Shown in pieces: positions 1-9,447 of a stretch of DNA of 64,000 nt. Position 1 is the stretch's first letter. The number at the start of each line of letters is the position of its first letter. A model generated the notes under the pieces. That model was not told where the DNA came from. It was given only the letters and a program-made list of their open reading frames with translations, and searched no databases. This DNA is from a virus. The DNA is taken from IMG/VR virus record IMGVR_UViG_3300010396_000037; one strand, written 5' to 3'. The translations under genes and the position numbers were made by a program.

Positions 1-870
1 CCTGATACGTCACCTTTCAAGTTCTTGATTGATAAACAAGGTAAGACTTTCTATAATGGTAAGTTTGGCGCTCGTGTTAAGACCATTCGTTTGCGCGGAC
101 AATTGTCACAGGGTCTGGCGCTGCCAATCAATTCATTTCATTTGGTTGATTTGGGTGGTGATATAACTGCTAACCTGGATATCTGGAAATATGATCCGCC
201 ACCACCTGCTGAATTGGCAGGTAAGGTTGCAGGCAATTGGCCATCTTGGTTGCAGAAAACAGACCAAGAAAGGATTCAAAACATTGACCCATCTGAATTG
301 ACTGGAACTTATGCAGTTGAGGAGAAAATGGATGGTACATCTATGTCAGTGTGGATTGATGAACACGGAGTTCTAGGTGTTGGTACCAAGAGCATGTCTC
401 TGAAAATAGATGACGCAGTAAATGACGGCAATACGTATGTCCGCATGGCGCATGATAGCGGCATGTTGAAGTGGCTATCAACTCATGTTTTGCCTCAGGA
501 TGCTCCATTTGCTATTCAGGGTGAATTGTGTGGACCAGGGGTTCAAGGTAATCCTTACAAATTAGACCGAGCAGCTTTCTTTGCTTTCGACATTTTTGCA
601 CCACGCAAGGGAGGCAAATTGCCAGAAGGTGAACGTGATAATATTATTGAAGCAATGCAACTGGATGGAGTCAGAATCGACACGGTGCCATTCATTTGTT
701 ACTGCGATCTGGACGAAATTACAGGAAACAAGATAGAGTTTCTATTGGCAGAAGCTGATGATAAAAGTCTTGTTTCTGATGTTTCGCGTGAAGGAATAGT
801 GTTGAAGGACGTGGCTGACGGGAATAAATCTTTCAAATGTATTAGCAACAAATACCTTGAAAATCAATAA
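1..870 (+). CDS. ATP-dependent RNA ligase (Rnl2-like/DRB0094 family), 5'-truncated
   Basis: Motif I EKMDG, QGELCG, FAFDI, REGIV, SFKCISNKYL; N-terminal RLRGQLSQGL; frame open to window edge. Confidence 0.9.
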   Translation, partial: PDTSPFKFLIDKQGKTFYNGKFGARVKTIRLRGQLSQGLALPINSFHLVDLGGDITANLDIWKYDPPPPAELAGKVAGNWPSWLQKTDQERIQNIDPSELTGTYAVEEKMDGTSMSVWIDEHGVLGVGTKSMSLKIDDAVNDGNTYVRMAHDSGMLKWLSTHVLPQDAPFAIQGELCGPGVQGNPYKLDRAAFFAFDIFAPRKGGKLPEGERDNIIEAMQLDGVRIDTVPFICYCDLDEITGNKIEFLLAEADDKSLVSDVSREGIVLKDVADGNKSFKCISNKYLENQ

Positions 871-886
871 AGTAAAATTTACTTAT

Positions 887-926
887 TTAACAACGGTTAA
901 CGCTACTAATCAAAAACTCATATAGT
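887..926 (+). promoter_or_regulatory. Phage promoter TTAA-N6-TTAA-N20-TATAGT
   Basis: Member of a recurring motif. Confidence 0.65.
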
Positions 927-965
927 ATTTTTTCTGCAGGGGAATTACCTGTAAGGAGAAGTACC

Positions 966-1940
966 ATGAATGTCACTGTTGAAAGTCTGCAAAAGGAAAT
1001 CCCGGAAAAGAAACTCGTGGGTAATGTAGCCTATGTTCTACAGGCACCATGGGATCAGCCGGATTTTGCCAAAGAAACATCTTTGGAGAAAAGGATCAAG
1101 TCAGCTGGCCTGGATTGGAGAGCGGAGTCCTCAACCCTGCACTACTTTAATAGTAAAGGAACTGCATTGGTCCCGGGACGTATGGCATTGTTCCGGTCCG
1201 ACAATGGAAAGTTTCTTGGAGCAGTTGGAGAGAATTACAAAGTCGTGCAACCCAAAGAAGTCATTGAGTTTTATGAGAACTTGATTGCCAACTTTGGGTT
1301 TGAAATGGAAGCGGCTGGTTCTTTCTCTGAAGGCAAAAGGATTTGGGCTCTGGCCAATACCAAGAACGTCATGACATTGGATGGGGATGAAAGCAAGATG
1401 TATCTTTTGCTCGCTACCTCCTTCGACGGAAGCATGGCAACTCATGTTCGACTGACTAGCATTCGAGTCGCGAGTGAAAGCAGTCTGAATGTTGCGGTGG
1501 ATGAAAAGATCCTCGCCAGAGATGTGATCAAAGTCATGCACAGCCAATCCTTTGATGCTGAAAAGGTCAAGCACCAACTCGCTATCGAGAAGCGGTGGGC
1601 CAAATTTCAGAAAACAGCGAAGAAGATGGTTGAGCATAAGATATCAGAAGACAAAGCGATAGAGTATCTGTCGAATGTCTATGATATCCATGAAGGTGTC
1701 AAGGGCGTGAGGCGGACTCGGTTCCTAAATGCAATGGAATTCAGTCTGAATGAAGCTCCTGGCGCCAACCTCGCAACCGCAAAAGGAACTCTATGGGGAG
1801 CAGTCAATGCGGTTAGCTTCGACATAGATCACAGGAAGCGTAGGAATGAAAACACGCGCGCGGAACTCGCCATGATTGGGTATGGTAACGCGACCAAGGA
1901 AAAGGCATGGAAGTTGGCTGAACGGCTCCTGGCGGCATAG
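966..1940 (+). CDS. DUF932 family protein
   Basis: PW..., GLDW, YKVVQPKEV, LLLATSFDGS, GTLWGAVNAV; AGGAG RBS. Confidence 0.88.
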   Translation: MNVTVESLQKEIPEKKLVGNVAYVLQAPWDQPDFAKETSLEKRIKSAGLDWRAESSTLHYFNSKGTALVPGRMALFRSDNGKFLGAVGENYKVVQPKEVIEFYENLIANFGFEMEAAGSFSEGKRIWALANTKNVMTLDGDESKMYLLLATSFDGSMATHVRLTSIRVASESSLNVAVDEKILARDVIKVMHSQSFDAEKVKHQLAIEKRWAKFQKTAKKMVEHKISEDKAIEYLSNVYDIHEGVKGVRRTRFLNAMEFSLNEAPGANLATAKGTLWGAVNAVSFDIDHRKRRNENTRAELAMIGYGNATKEKAWKLAERLLAA

Positions 1941-1962
1941 TAATATGCAACCATGGGGAAGC

Positions 1963-2003
1963 AAAGAGGCCAGCTGCCCTCCCCTGCACTGGCCTCTTTT
2001 TTT
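1963..2003 (+). terminator. Intrinsic terminator
   Basis: AAAGAGGCCAG/CTGGCCTCTTT stem plus T-run. Confidence 0.8.
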
Positions 2004-2019
2004 GCGTCTAAAATGCTGT

Positions 2020-2060
2020 TTAACATCGGTTAAGTTTTCTTCAGGAAGTGGGCGTATAAT
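2020..2060 (+). promoter_or_regulatory. Phage promoter TTAACatcgGTTAA-N21-TATAAT
   Basis: Recurring motif. Confidence 0.8.
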
Positions 2061-2096
2061 ATTCCTTGTTGGATCAAGTCCTACTGGAGACCTGAA

Positions 2097-2390
2097 ATGA
2101 ACATGACCGAATTTGAATCAACTTTCCCCCATCTGTCTGCCGATGATTACATGAAAGGGTCTCTGTCCTATTTCATTGGCAAGACGATCCGTTATATCAT
2201 TCCTGATGACCCATCGGAATATAAGAAATTCCTGAGAGCCAATGGCACCAATGCACTTGATGCCTACAAGATTATTGGTCTTCAGCGCAACTTCAAAGGC
2301 GAGATATGTGTCCGCGCTGTTAACACCAGCTTTGATGATCAATTTGGGCGCTGCATCAGCTTCAATGAATTTATTCTCGTTGATTGTTAA
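2097..2390 (+). CDS. hypothetical protein
   Basis: ORF with GGAG RBS. Confidence 0.75.
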   Translation: MNMTEFESTFPHLSADDYMKGSLSYFIGKTIRYIIPDDPSEYKKFLRANGTNALDAYKIIGLQRNFKGEICVRAVNTSFDDQFGRCISFNEFILVDC

Positions 2391-2401
2391 GGAGAACTGT
2401 C

Positions 2402-2773
2402 ATGAGCTACATGATCACCAAGTCAGGTCGCACCAAGGAAATTCCTGAGCGCATGTTGCGGGAAACTGAAGAATATCCCATGCAGATGACTCGGGACAAA
2501 CTGGTTGGTTTGGATTCAAATGGCCGCATTGTGGTTGACATGTTTGATGCTCGCCATTCTGACCGCAAAGACGCTTACCTGTTTGGCTTGACTCTCTGCT
2601 GCAATGCCAGCGACAAGGGCACAGAATTTGGAGTTGTCTGCCGCGGATGCCATGGCACCACTGATACTGGCAACTACATCTGGCGTGATGTGGATGGAAG
2701 TTTCCCTGGGTTGGATCCAATCGAATCCATTGTTGAAGGAAAGTCCCCACGTTCAACTGTAAAGGAGAGCTGA
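2402..2773 (+). CDS. hypothetical Cys-containing protein
   Basis: AAGGAG RBS; CC and CxxC motifs. Confidence 0.75.
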   Translation: MSYMITKSGRTKEIPERMLRETEEYPMQMTRDKLVGLDSNGRIVVDMFDARHSDRKDAYLFGLTLCCNASDKGTEFGVVCRGCHGTTDTGNYIWRDVDGSFPGLDPIESIVEGKSPRSTVKES

Positions 2774-2774
2774 A

Positions 2775-2948
2775 ATGAAAGCCAGCGAGCTCATTGAACG
2801 TCTGCAATACTTGATAGCTGATCATGGAGACCAAGAAGTTAAGCATGGTGCTAATAGCAATCAGGACGTGGACGATGTAGTGTTCTACAAGGGAGATACA
2901 TGGGGCTCGGGAAGCGACAGCAGCTTCGACATCAAGTCATTTGAGTAA
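2775..2948 (+). CDS. hypothetical protein (MKASELIERL...)
   Basis: 57-aa ORF below the track threshold; AAGGAG RBS. Confidence 0.7.
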   Translation: MKASELIERLQYLIADHGDQEVKHGANSNQDVDDVVFYKGDTWGSGSDSSFDIKSFE

Positions 2949-2960
2949 AGGAGAACTGAA

Positions 2961-3182
2961 ATGCCTTTCACGCATGAGGATTATCCGGAACCGATTGCCT
3001 ATCGTGGCGGTTGTAAAGTCTCCTGGAGGACCTATGATGATCCAGAAGCAGCCAGCGTAGCACAGGAAGTCGCAAGGTTTCTCGCTCATCGTCTGGAAAC
3101 AGAAGGTTATGAGTGGGGTTACTGCTCACCAGGTGAGTTGAAAGACAATGGTGATGGCACCTACACTGTTTGTTGTCCTTAG
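2961..3182 (+). CDS. hypothetical protein
   Basis: AAGGAG RBS; ends TAG-TGA. Confidence 0.75.
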   Translation: MPFTHEDYPEPIAYRGGCKVSWRTYDDPEAASVAQEVARFLAHRLETEGYEWGYCSPGELKDNGDGTYTVCCP

Positions 3183-3283
3183 TGAAATTTCTGAAGTCAA
3201 ACGTCATTTAACATCCGTTAAGCTAACTCTAAGTCAGACGCGTTATAATAGTTGAGTTGGAGCAGTCCTACTGGAGAGTTAAA

Positions 3284-3484
3284 ATGAAAAACAAACTTCT
3301 CGGTTTCACCTATCGCTGGCGCACTCCAACCATGGCATCATGGAGATATGTATGGTGCGATAACATGGAAGAAGCCAAAAGCATAGTGCGTGGTGAGTTG
3401 GGTGAATATGCAGATGGTTTCCGTATGCCGCGTGGCACGATATTCGAACGTGTTTGCGCCGGGCCACTGGTCAAGGAGAGCTGA
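3284..3484 (+). CDS. hypothetical protein
   Basis: GGAG RBS after promoter 3208-3249. Confidence 0.7.
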   Translation: MKNKLLGFTYRWRTPTMASWRYVWCDNMEEAKSIVRGELGEYADGFRMPRGTIFERVCAGPLVKES

Positions 3485-3485
3485 A

Positions 3486-3722
3486 ATGAATATCGAAGTC
3501 ACCGAAGAACTTTTGAACACGGCCAACCGCGCTTATGTTGGACGTGATCATCATTGCCGCTGCGGTTGTGCTGGTGTCTATCATCAAGTTGGCACACATG
3601 GCTTCAAACTGGCTTTGAGTCGTGCAAAAAAACTCTTGAAAGAAGAGAGCTATGATGACGCCAACGAACACTTTGTGAATTTCATTTCTGGTGATGACCG
3701 TGCCATCACTTTATATTTCTGA
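3486..3722 (+). CDS. hypothetical protein (HHCRCGC motif)
   Basis: AAGGAG RBS. Confidence 0.7.
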   Translation: MNIEVTEELLNTANRAYVGRDHHCRCGCAGVYHQVGTHGFKLALSRAKKLLKEESYDDANEHFVNFISGDDRAITLYF

Positions 3723-3818
3723 AGTCAAACGTCATTTAACATCCGTTAAGTAAACTTCAAGTCAATTGAATTATACTAGTCCTGCTGAAACGCAAAACCC
3801 TCAAACTAGGAGATTGAA

Positions 3819-4781
3819 ATGAGTGCTGAAATCGACATGAGTAATGGTAAGGCCAATGTTGCTTACATCAATGAGACTCCTTGGCATGGTCTGGGTCAGT
3901 CTCTGACTCCGGGTGCTGCTCTGGAAATCTGGGCTGAACAGGCTGGTCAGAACTGGGAAGCCAAGCGTGCGGCTCTGCGTTACACGGCTGGCAAGGACAC
4001 GGTCAGTATCCCGAACCGCAAGGCTCTGTATCGTTCTGACACGCATGCTTTCCTGGGTATGGTGGCCGATGGCTACAAGATCGTGCAGCCGAAGGAAGTC
4101 CTGGAGTTCTACCGTGACCTGATCAGTGACTTCGGTTTCGAGATGGAGACGGCTGGTTGCTTGTTCGGTGGCAAGCGCGTCTGGGCTTTGGCCAACTGCA
4201 AGAAGGCTGTTGCTCTAAAGGGTAATGATGACGTCAACTTGTATCTGCTGCTTGCCACGTCCTTTGATGGCTCCATGAGCACGCAGGCTCGTCTGACCGG
4301 TGTTCGCGTGGTCTGCAACAACACGCTTGAACTGGCGACTGCTTCTAATGGTGTGGGTAACAATGTGGTACGCGTGTATCACACGGCCAGCTTCAATTCG
4401 GATGCGGTCAAGAAACAGCTGGACATCGACAATCGCTGGCAGAACTTCTGCGACACGGCAAGCAAAATGCAAAATCGTGAAGTCAGCAAGGCTGAAGTGA
4501 TTGACTTCCTGACCAAGTTGTACAAGATCAATCCCAACAGTTCTGAACTGATCAAGAACCGTTTCTTGGCCCGTATGGAGCACTCGCTGTTCAATGCTCC
4601 GGGTGCCCAGAAGACTGGCTCGGCTGGTACCCTCTGGGGTGTCTTGAATGCGGTGACCTATGATGTTGATCACAAGGCCACGCGCGTCGCTGACTACCGG
4701 ATGGCCAATGGCATGATGGGTGCGGGTAGCTTGCTGAAGCAGCAGGCTTGGAAGGAAGCTGAAATGGCTCTGGCTGCATGA
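3819..4781 (+). CDS. DUF932 family protein (second paralog)
   Basis: TPWHGLG, YKIVQPKEV, RVVCNNTL, GTLWGVLNAV; own promoter 3736-3777. Confidence 0.92.
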   Translation: MSAEIDMSNGKANVAYINETPWHGLGQSLTPGAALEIWAEQAGQNWEAKRAALRYTAGKDTVSIPNRKALYRSDTHAFLGMVADGYKIVQPKEVLEFYRDLISDFGFEMETAGCLFGGKRVWALANCKKAVALKGNDDVNLYLLLATSFDGSMSTQARLTGVRVVCNNTLELATASNGVGNNVVRVYHTASFNSDAVKKQLDIDNRWQNFCDTASKMQNREVSKAEVIDFLTKLYKINPNSSELIKNRFLARMEHSLFNAPGAQKTGSAGTLWGVLNAVTYDVDHKATRVADYRMANGMMGAGSLLKQQAWKEAEMALAA

Positions 4782-4797
4782 TGCGGCCGTGAGTGGG

Positions 4798-4833
4798 AGT
4801 GACCCGGTTCCAGTAGGCCGGGTCACTTCTTTC
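4798..4833 (+). terminator. Probable terminator hairpin
   Basis: AGTGACCCGG/CCGGGTCACT followed by TCTTT. Confidence 0.65.
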
Positions 4834-4854
4834 TATCCTCAGTAGGAGAACATC

Positions 4855-5094
4855 ATGGAACAGAAATATTTGAAAACCGCATATGACGCCCATTTGAAAA
4901 TTGAAAATTTGAAGAACCAGGTAGCCTTGGTGAAGCGAGACAATTTTCATGTAGGCATCAACAATACATACTGTGATACTTCAATTCTGAAGGCAGTCAA
5001 GAAGACAATTCTGACGGAATTACAATTGCGAATTGAACAACAAGAGCACATTCTGCGTGATCTTGGTGTTGAGTTGGACAGTGATACTAACTGA
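4855..5094 (+). CDS. hypothetical coiled-coil protein
   Basis: AGGAG RBS. Confidence 0.7.
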   Translation: MEQKYLKTAYDAHLKIENLKNQVALVKRDNFHVGINNTYCDTSILKAVKKTILTELQLRIEQQEHILRDLGVELDSDTN

Positions 5095-5125
5095 TTTTTG
5101 AACCTGGTTCAACTAGAATTATTGC

Positions 5126-5725
5126 ATGGAGAATGAAATGACCAACCAGACTGACTCCGAGAAACTGGCGCAGGCGTTGCGTGAAGCAATGCGTTGGAAT
5201 TGGCTGGATGATGATGCGCGTCCCTCTGAGACTGCCGATATTTGTGACGCCGCTCTCGCCGCCCACGAACGTGCACAACAAGCTAGCGACGTCAAGGTTC
5301 CAACCGAAATCGAATGGCTGCGCGATGAACTTGCAGCAGCCAAAGAAGAACTGATGTTTCTGCGGAAAGCACAACCGGCGAGCGAGTTCGCGTCTGATGA
5401 GGATGCTTACGAAAGCAATGTCGCAGAAGGAATCTGGACTGCCGGTATCAATGTGCTGCAGTCGAAAAGGTGGGATGCCAAGATTGAGTGCCACGGCGAA
5501 TCAAAGGAAGCTGCCGAACAACTGCGCGATTTCGTGCTGGCAACGTTGCAAGCACAACCGGCGAGCGTGGTGGATGTTCTCTACACGCGCGAGGAAGTTG
5601 ACGAAGCGATGGGAATCCTTCGACGCTTCCGTAGTCCCATCCACGACGATTGCCTGAATCAGATGGAGGCGGTGCTTATTGCAGCCGCGCCGCAGCCAGC
5701 GAATGGAGAGAAAGATGTCGACTAA
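5126..5725 (+). CDS. GC-rich modular hypothetical protein
   Basis: ORF with repeated AQPAS linkers. Confidence 0.75.
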   Translation: MENEMTNQTDSEKLAQALREAMRWNWLDDDARPSETADICDAALAAHERAQQASDVKVPTEIEWLRDELAAAKEELMFLRKAQPASEFASDEDAYESNVAEGIWTAGINVLQSKRWDAKIECHGESKEAAEQLRDFVLATLQAQPASVVDVLYTREEVDEAMGILRRFRSPIHDDCLNQMEAVLIAAAPQPANGEKDVD

Positions 5726-5945
5726 GCTCTCAAAATTGAAACCGTGTCCTTGGTGCGGCCACTACCCGGCGCTGGAGAAGGAAGTTATCCACTATCCAAA
5801 CAGCAAGAACAACCTGTGGGCTGTGGTTTGCCGAACTGAGAACTGCCCTGCCTCGAATATAGTTCAGGACGGGGAAATGGGCGGCTTCATCTATTCCTGG
5901 CCGATGGATAAAGCAATTGCAATCTGGAACCGGAGAGTTCGATGA
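5715..5945 (+). CDS. Lar-like restriction alleviation family protein
   Basis: LKPCPWCG...VVC...C...WNRR signature. Confidence 0.7.
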   Translation: MSTKLSKLKPCPWCGHYPALEKEVIHYPNSKNNLWAVVCRTENCPASNIVQDGEMGGFIYSWPMDKAIAIWNRRVR

Positions 5946-6361
5946 CCACTGAACGCGAGATGACGCTGGAACAGGTGCGGGATTCGATACGCTCAAGTGA
6001 CGTGGACTTGGACATTTATCCATCGCACAAGATTCGACTTGAATGGGCCAACGCCATCGACGCCTACCTTTCCCGTGCTGCGGATCCGGTGTATCAACTC
6101 AAGCATGGCGGTCTTTGGATGGATGCAACCGAGGACGAATATCGAATTGGATTTGATAATTTCAGGCGCATCCTCTACAGCCGTCCGCCAGAACTAATGC
6201 AGGATGCGGCCATCGGTGCAGTCGTGTGGAAATTCATAGACAGGATGAATGATGTTGCCGAATGTGACCCAGCAGATAGGATACTCGCGGAGTTCGTAGC
6301 TGCCGTGATGCCGATAATCAATGCAGCGAAAGAGTCGATTAATCCCAAGGAATACGAGTGA
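5942..6361 (+). CDS. GC-rich modular hypothetical protein
   Basis: LSRAADPV and RPPE linkers shared with paralogs. Confidence 0.75.
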   Translation: MTTEREMTLEQVRDSIRSSDVDLDIYPSHKIRLEWANAIDAYLSRAADPVYQLKHGGLWMDATEDEYRIGFDNFRRILYSRPPELMQDAAIGAVVWKFIDRMNDVAECDPADRILAEFVAAVMPIINAAKESINPKEYE

Positions 6362-6478
6362 TGAACGCATTTTGGGCAGCTTTGTTTAAAATTCCATGGT
6401 GGATTGGATTAGTACCAGTTTGCACCACAGTGATTTATTTTCCCGTGAAGCCTACTCCTTCAACTTTCGAGCACAACC

Positions 6479-7075
6479 ATGACTGAACATGAGGCGATGA
6501 CGCTGAAACGACAGGTGTTTGAGAAGTGGGCAACGGCCCAAGGTTTTTACATGGACCTTTGGGAAGCCGCTGGAAGCACATACACAAGCGAAATCACCGA
6601 ACGCGCCTGGAAAACATGGCAAGCCTCCATCGACGCCAACCTCTCGCGCGCTGCGGAGCCGGTGAGTGTGACGGAAGAATTGTTGGATTGCGCCGAAAAT
6701 GCCTACGACAGCATCGCAGGCGACAAATACTCCGAGTTGGGCATGTATGAACGTCCTACCAACGGCATGAACCCTTATGTGTGTGAGCGAGATTGCCTGC
6801 GTGCAGCACTGGAAGTCGCATTGTCAGCCCGACCGCCCGAACCAGCGCGGGAGAGGGCGAACTGGTACCTGTGTGGCGACACGCTGCACTTAGATATTTC
6901 GGACGATCCGAACAATCAGCTTTCGATCATGGTTCGTCGCGACGGCCTCATCAGCTACGCGATCTATTTCGGACCGTCTGACCGACATTATGGCGTCCCA
7001 TCCGGCAACGAGTTTCTAACTGCATTGGCACAATGGATGGACAGCGCCGCGATGGCGCAGGAGTCGGACGAATGA
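6479..7075 (+). CDS. GC-rich modular hypothetical protein
   Basis: LSRAAEPV and RPPEPAR linkers. Confidence 0.75.
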   Translation: MTEHEAMTLKRQVFEKWATAQGFYMDLWEAAGSTYTSEITERAWKTWQASIDANLSRAAEPVSVTEELLDCAENAYDSIAGDKYSELGMYERPTNGMNPYVCERDCLRAALEVALSARPPEPARERANWYLCGDTLHLDISDDPNNQLSIMVRRDGLISYAIYFGPSDRHYGVPSGNEFLTALAQWMDSAAMAQESDE

Positions 7076-7281
7076 AGATGCGACGCTATCCGGTTATGTG
7101 GACGCTCAAAGCGTTGGAAATCTATGTGCGGAATAACCATGCTCAGGTTGAGGTTCACGGTGAATACGTGCCTGCAAGACCGTGGCTGTGGCGTGAGCGT
7201 TGGGCCCGTGTCAAGAACGCGTGGCGTGTGCTTACAGGACAGTGCGATGCACTGTTATGGCCAGAGGATAACCAACGATGA
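7072..7281 (+). CDS. hypothetical protein
   Basis: VPARP...R.K.AW.V.TG..DAL.WP pattern; ATGA overlap. Confidence 0.7.
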   Translation: MKMRRYPVMWTLKALEIYVRNNHAQVEVHGEYVPARPWLWRERWARVKNAWRVLTGQCDALLWPEDNQR

Positions 7282-7387
7282 CCGCTCTCCATGTCGTGCT
7301 TTTGGTGCTAGGAACGATTGTCGGATTATTCGTCCTGGTCGTCCTCGTGTTGCTCCTGTTCCATTTCCTGTTTAGCGGAGATGACTC

Positions 7388-7759
7388 ATGGCAATGACTG
7401 ACACAGATGAGTTGGCGGGGCTGTCCGAGGACGTGCGCGAGGCGCTCTCCGTGTTAGTGGAAGCTGGTGAGGGCTACTACGCCAAGCTCATCGAACGCAT
7501 CCGCACCGAACTGCTGCGGCTCACACGTGACCTACATACCGAAACGCGCGTGCGCAAAAGTCGAGATTTGGAATACTCGGAACTGGTGAAAGGATTTGAT
7601 GCCACTAAGGTCGAACTCGCAGCGCTCAAGCGGAGGATCGCGGAAGCGCGCCGTATCGTGATGCCGGTTCCGCCAGACGAAAAAGGCGTCGCCGGAAAAG
7701 TATTTGCCCTGCTGCCGGTAGAGGGAGAGTCCAGTTTAGTTGCAACAAGGGAAACATAA
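7388..7759 (+). CDS. hypothetical coiled-coil protein
   Basis: GGAG RBS. Confidence 0.7.
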   Translation: MAMTDTDELAGLSEDVREALSVLVEAGEGYYAKLIERIRTELLRLTRDLHTETRVRKSRDLEYSELVKGFDATKVELAALKRRIAEARRIVMPVPPDEKGVAGKVFALLPVEGESSLVATRET

Positions 7760-8296
7760 ATGAGCAAAAGATTTGGACGCAACCAGAAGCGTAAATTAAG
7801 AGAGGAAGCTCAACGATATAAGGAAGCGCTGGATTTACAAGGGAAGCTAGTCAGACATTTATTCAATGAACATGATGAGGATGTTCATACTCTTCAGCAG
7901 GTTAGACGAGTTCTTGGTGAACACACAGCTTTGTTAACACCCAAAATAGAGCATGAGGCAAAGCCACCCAAATGGCGAGAGAGCATTAATCTTGCAAAAT
8001 TTGATGCCCACGCTGTCAATAATATCTTGAATGGTGATCAGCCTTGCCAAATGGATTTGCATTCCCAAGTCTTGTGGATGTTGAATTTTGTTGAAGAGCA
8101 TGATGTTTTGACAGACGCAGTACACTTGGGATTTCATTGGAAAGATGGCAGAGTAGGTTATGCTATCAGTCAAGAAGCAATGATGTGCCTTCCAGAAGAT
8201 ATGCTAGTGGAACAGATTGCTGATTCAATGGCTAAAATTATGATTTCATACTTCAAATCGAAAGGAGATGGAAGATGTTCAAAACAAAACCAGTAA
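7760..8296 (+). CDS. hypothetical protein (MSKRFGRNQKR...)
   Basis: 178-aa ORF. Confidence 0.75.
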   Translation: MSKRFGRNQKRKLREEAQRYKEALDLQGKLVRHLFNEHDEDVHTLQQVRRVLGEHTALLTPKIEHEAKPPKWRESINLAKFDAHAVNNILNGDQPCQMDLHSQVLWMLNFVEEHDVLTDAVHLGFHWKDGRVGYAISQEAMMCLPEDMLVEQIADSMAKIMISYFKSKGDGRCSKQNQ

Positions 8297-8580
8297 CCAG
8301 TGAAAAGAAGTCTGAGGAAAAAGTTCAAGTGACTATTCCGCTGAAAGCTGGACAGCCAACAGTTAGAACCAGCAGACAATGGATCCTGCCGGATGTCAAC
8401 TCTAATTATGAATGGCTCATCACCTCAAGAACTGACTCTGATCAATTGACCATTTACAAGTGCAGGAAACCAGAAAAAGCAGGTTATGGATACCAAGAAA
8501 CCATTGGTATCAATATACCACAACAATTGGTGCATGCTATTGCTGATGCAATGCTGCAAGCTTATGGAGAAGATAATTAA
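8275..8580 (+). CDS. hypothetical protein
   Basis: ORF with RBS. Confidence 0.65.
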   Translation: MFKTKPVTSEKKSEEKVQVTIPLKAGQPTVRTSRQWILPDVNSNYEWLITSRTDSDQLTIYKCRKPEKAGYGYQETIGINIPQQLVHAIADAMLQAYGEDN

Positions 8581-8582
8581 GT

Positions 8583-8623
8583 TTAACTTCGGTTAAGTTA
8601 AGTTTGCTGAATGGGCGTATAAT
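8583..8623 (+). promoter_or_regulatory. Phage promoter TTAACttcgGTTAA-N21-TATAAT
   Basis: Recurring motif. Confidence 0.8.
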
Positions 8624-8667
8624 ACATCCTGTTGAGTCAACCATTGGATGGCATCTGAGGAGTGGCA

Positions 8668-8940
8668 ATGAAAACTATCTACAAATATCGTCTGATTCCT
8701 TATGTTGCAATCCAGATGCCAAAAGGTTCAAAAATCATCTCCATCGCTGAACAACAAGCAGGAGAGGTTTTCATTTGGGCACAAGTTGACACCACTCAAC
8801 CTCTGGAAGAGAGGAATTTCATTTTCTTCACGACAGGCATAGCAATTGAATCAGAAGAACTCCTTGATTTTTACGGCACTGTTCATCTGAGGAATGGTTT
8901 GGTATTCCATGTCTTCGAAGAGAAGCAGATTCGCAACTGA
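8668..8940 (+). CDS. conserved phage hypothetical protein
   Basis: KTIYKY...IWAQVD...TG...YGT...LVFHVFE pattern. Confidence 0.75.
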   Translation: MKTIYKYRLIPYVAIQMPKGSKIISIAEQQAGEVFIWAQVDTTQPLEERNFIFFTTGIAIESEELLDFYGTVHLRNGLVFHVFEEKQIRN

Positions 8941-9156
8941 CAACACAGAGAAGATGCTAAAATGAGAGGTCAATGGGTTGAGTGGAAATTGATATTCGGA
9001 TGGACCGTCGCGCGGTGCGTCAGTAGCTGGGCGCTTGGCAGTAGTTACAGACTTGCTCGGAACAAATATGGTTTTGTTCAGAGGTTCTGGACCAAGAAAG
9101 CAGCCCAAGCTGAAGCTGATCGTCGCAACCAAGTAATTTCGATTTGAGGTGACATC

Positions 9157-9447
9157 ATGGACATTAACAAGTGGCATGAAATCAAACAACGACTTATCCA
9201 AGAAAATGGATGCCTGGATGATGTAGTGATTGATGGGCATGAAGGCATGTTGATGACTTGGGATGAATTTTTTATAGATGTGAATATAAACACATTGACT
9301 GACCATGATGGTAGTGGAGACCTGGTCAATGAAAAAGGAGTTATAATTGGCAGAATCAATCCCTCCGATGTCTATGTGGACGGTTGGAATCCCGAATGGA
9401 TAGACAAGAATAAAGAGGATGTATTTGTGCTCTGGTACAATAAATAG
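9157..9447 (+). CDS. hypothetical protein
   Basis: GAGG RBS. Confidence 0.7.
   Translation: MDINKWHEIKQRLIQENGCLDDVVIDGHEGMLMTWDEFFIDVNINTLTDHDGSGDLVNEKGVIIGRINPSDVYVDGWNPEWIDKNKEDVFVLWYNK

Larger units (their letters stand above)
3187..3750 (+). repeat. 36-bp direct repeat (3187-3222, 3715-3750) containing the promoter palindrome
   Basis: ATTTCTGAAGTCAAACGTCATTTAACATCCGTTAAG twice. Confidence 0.9.
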
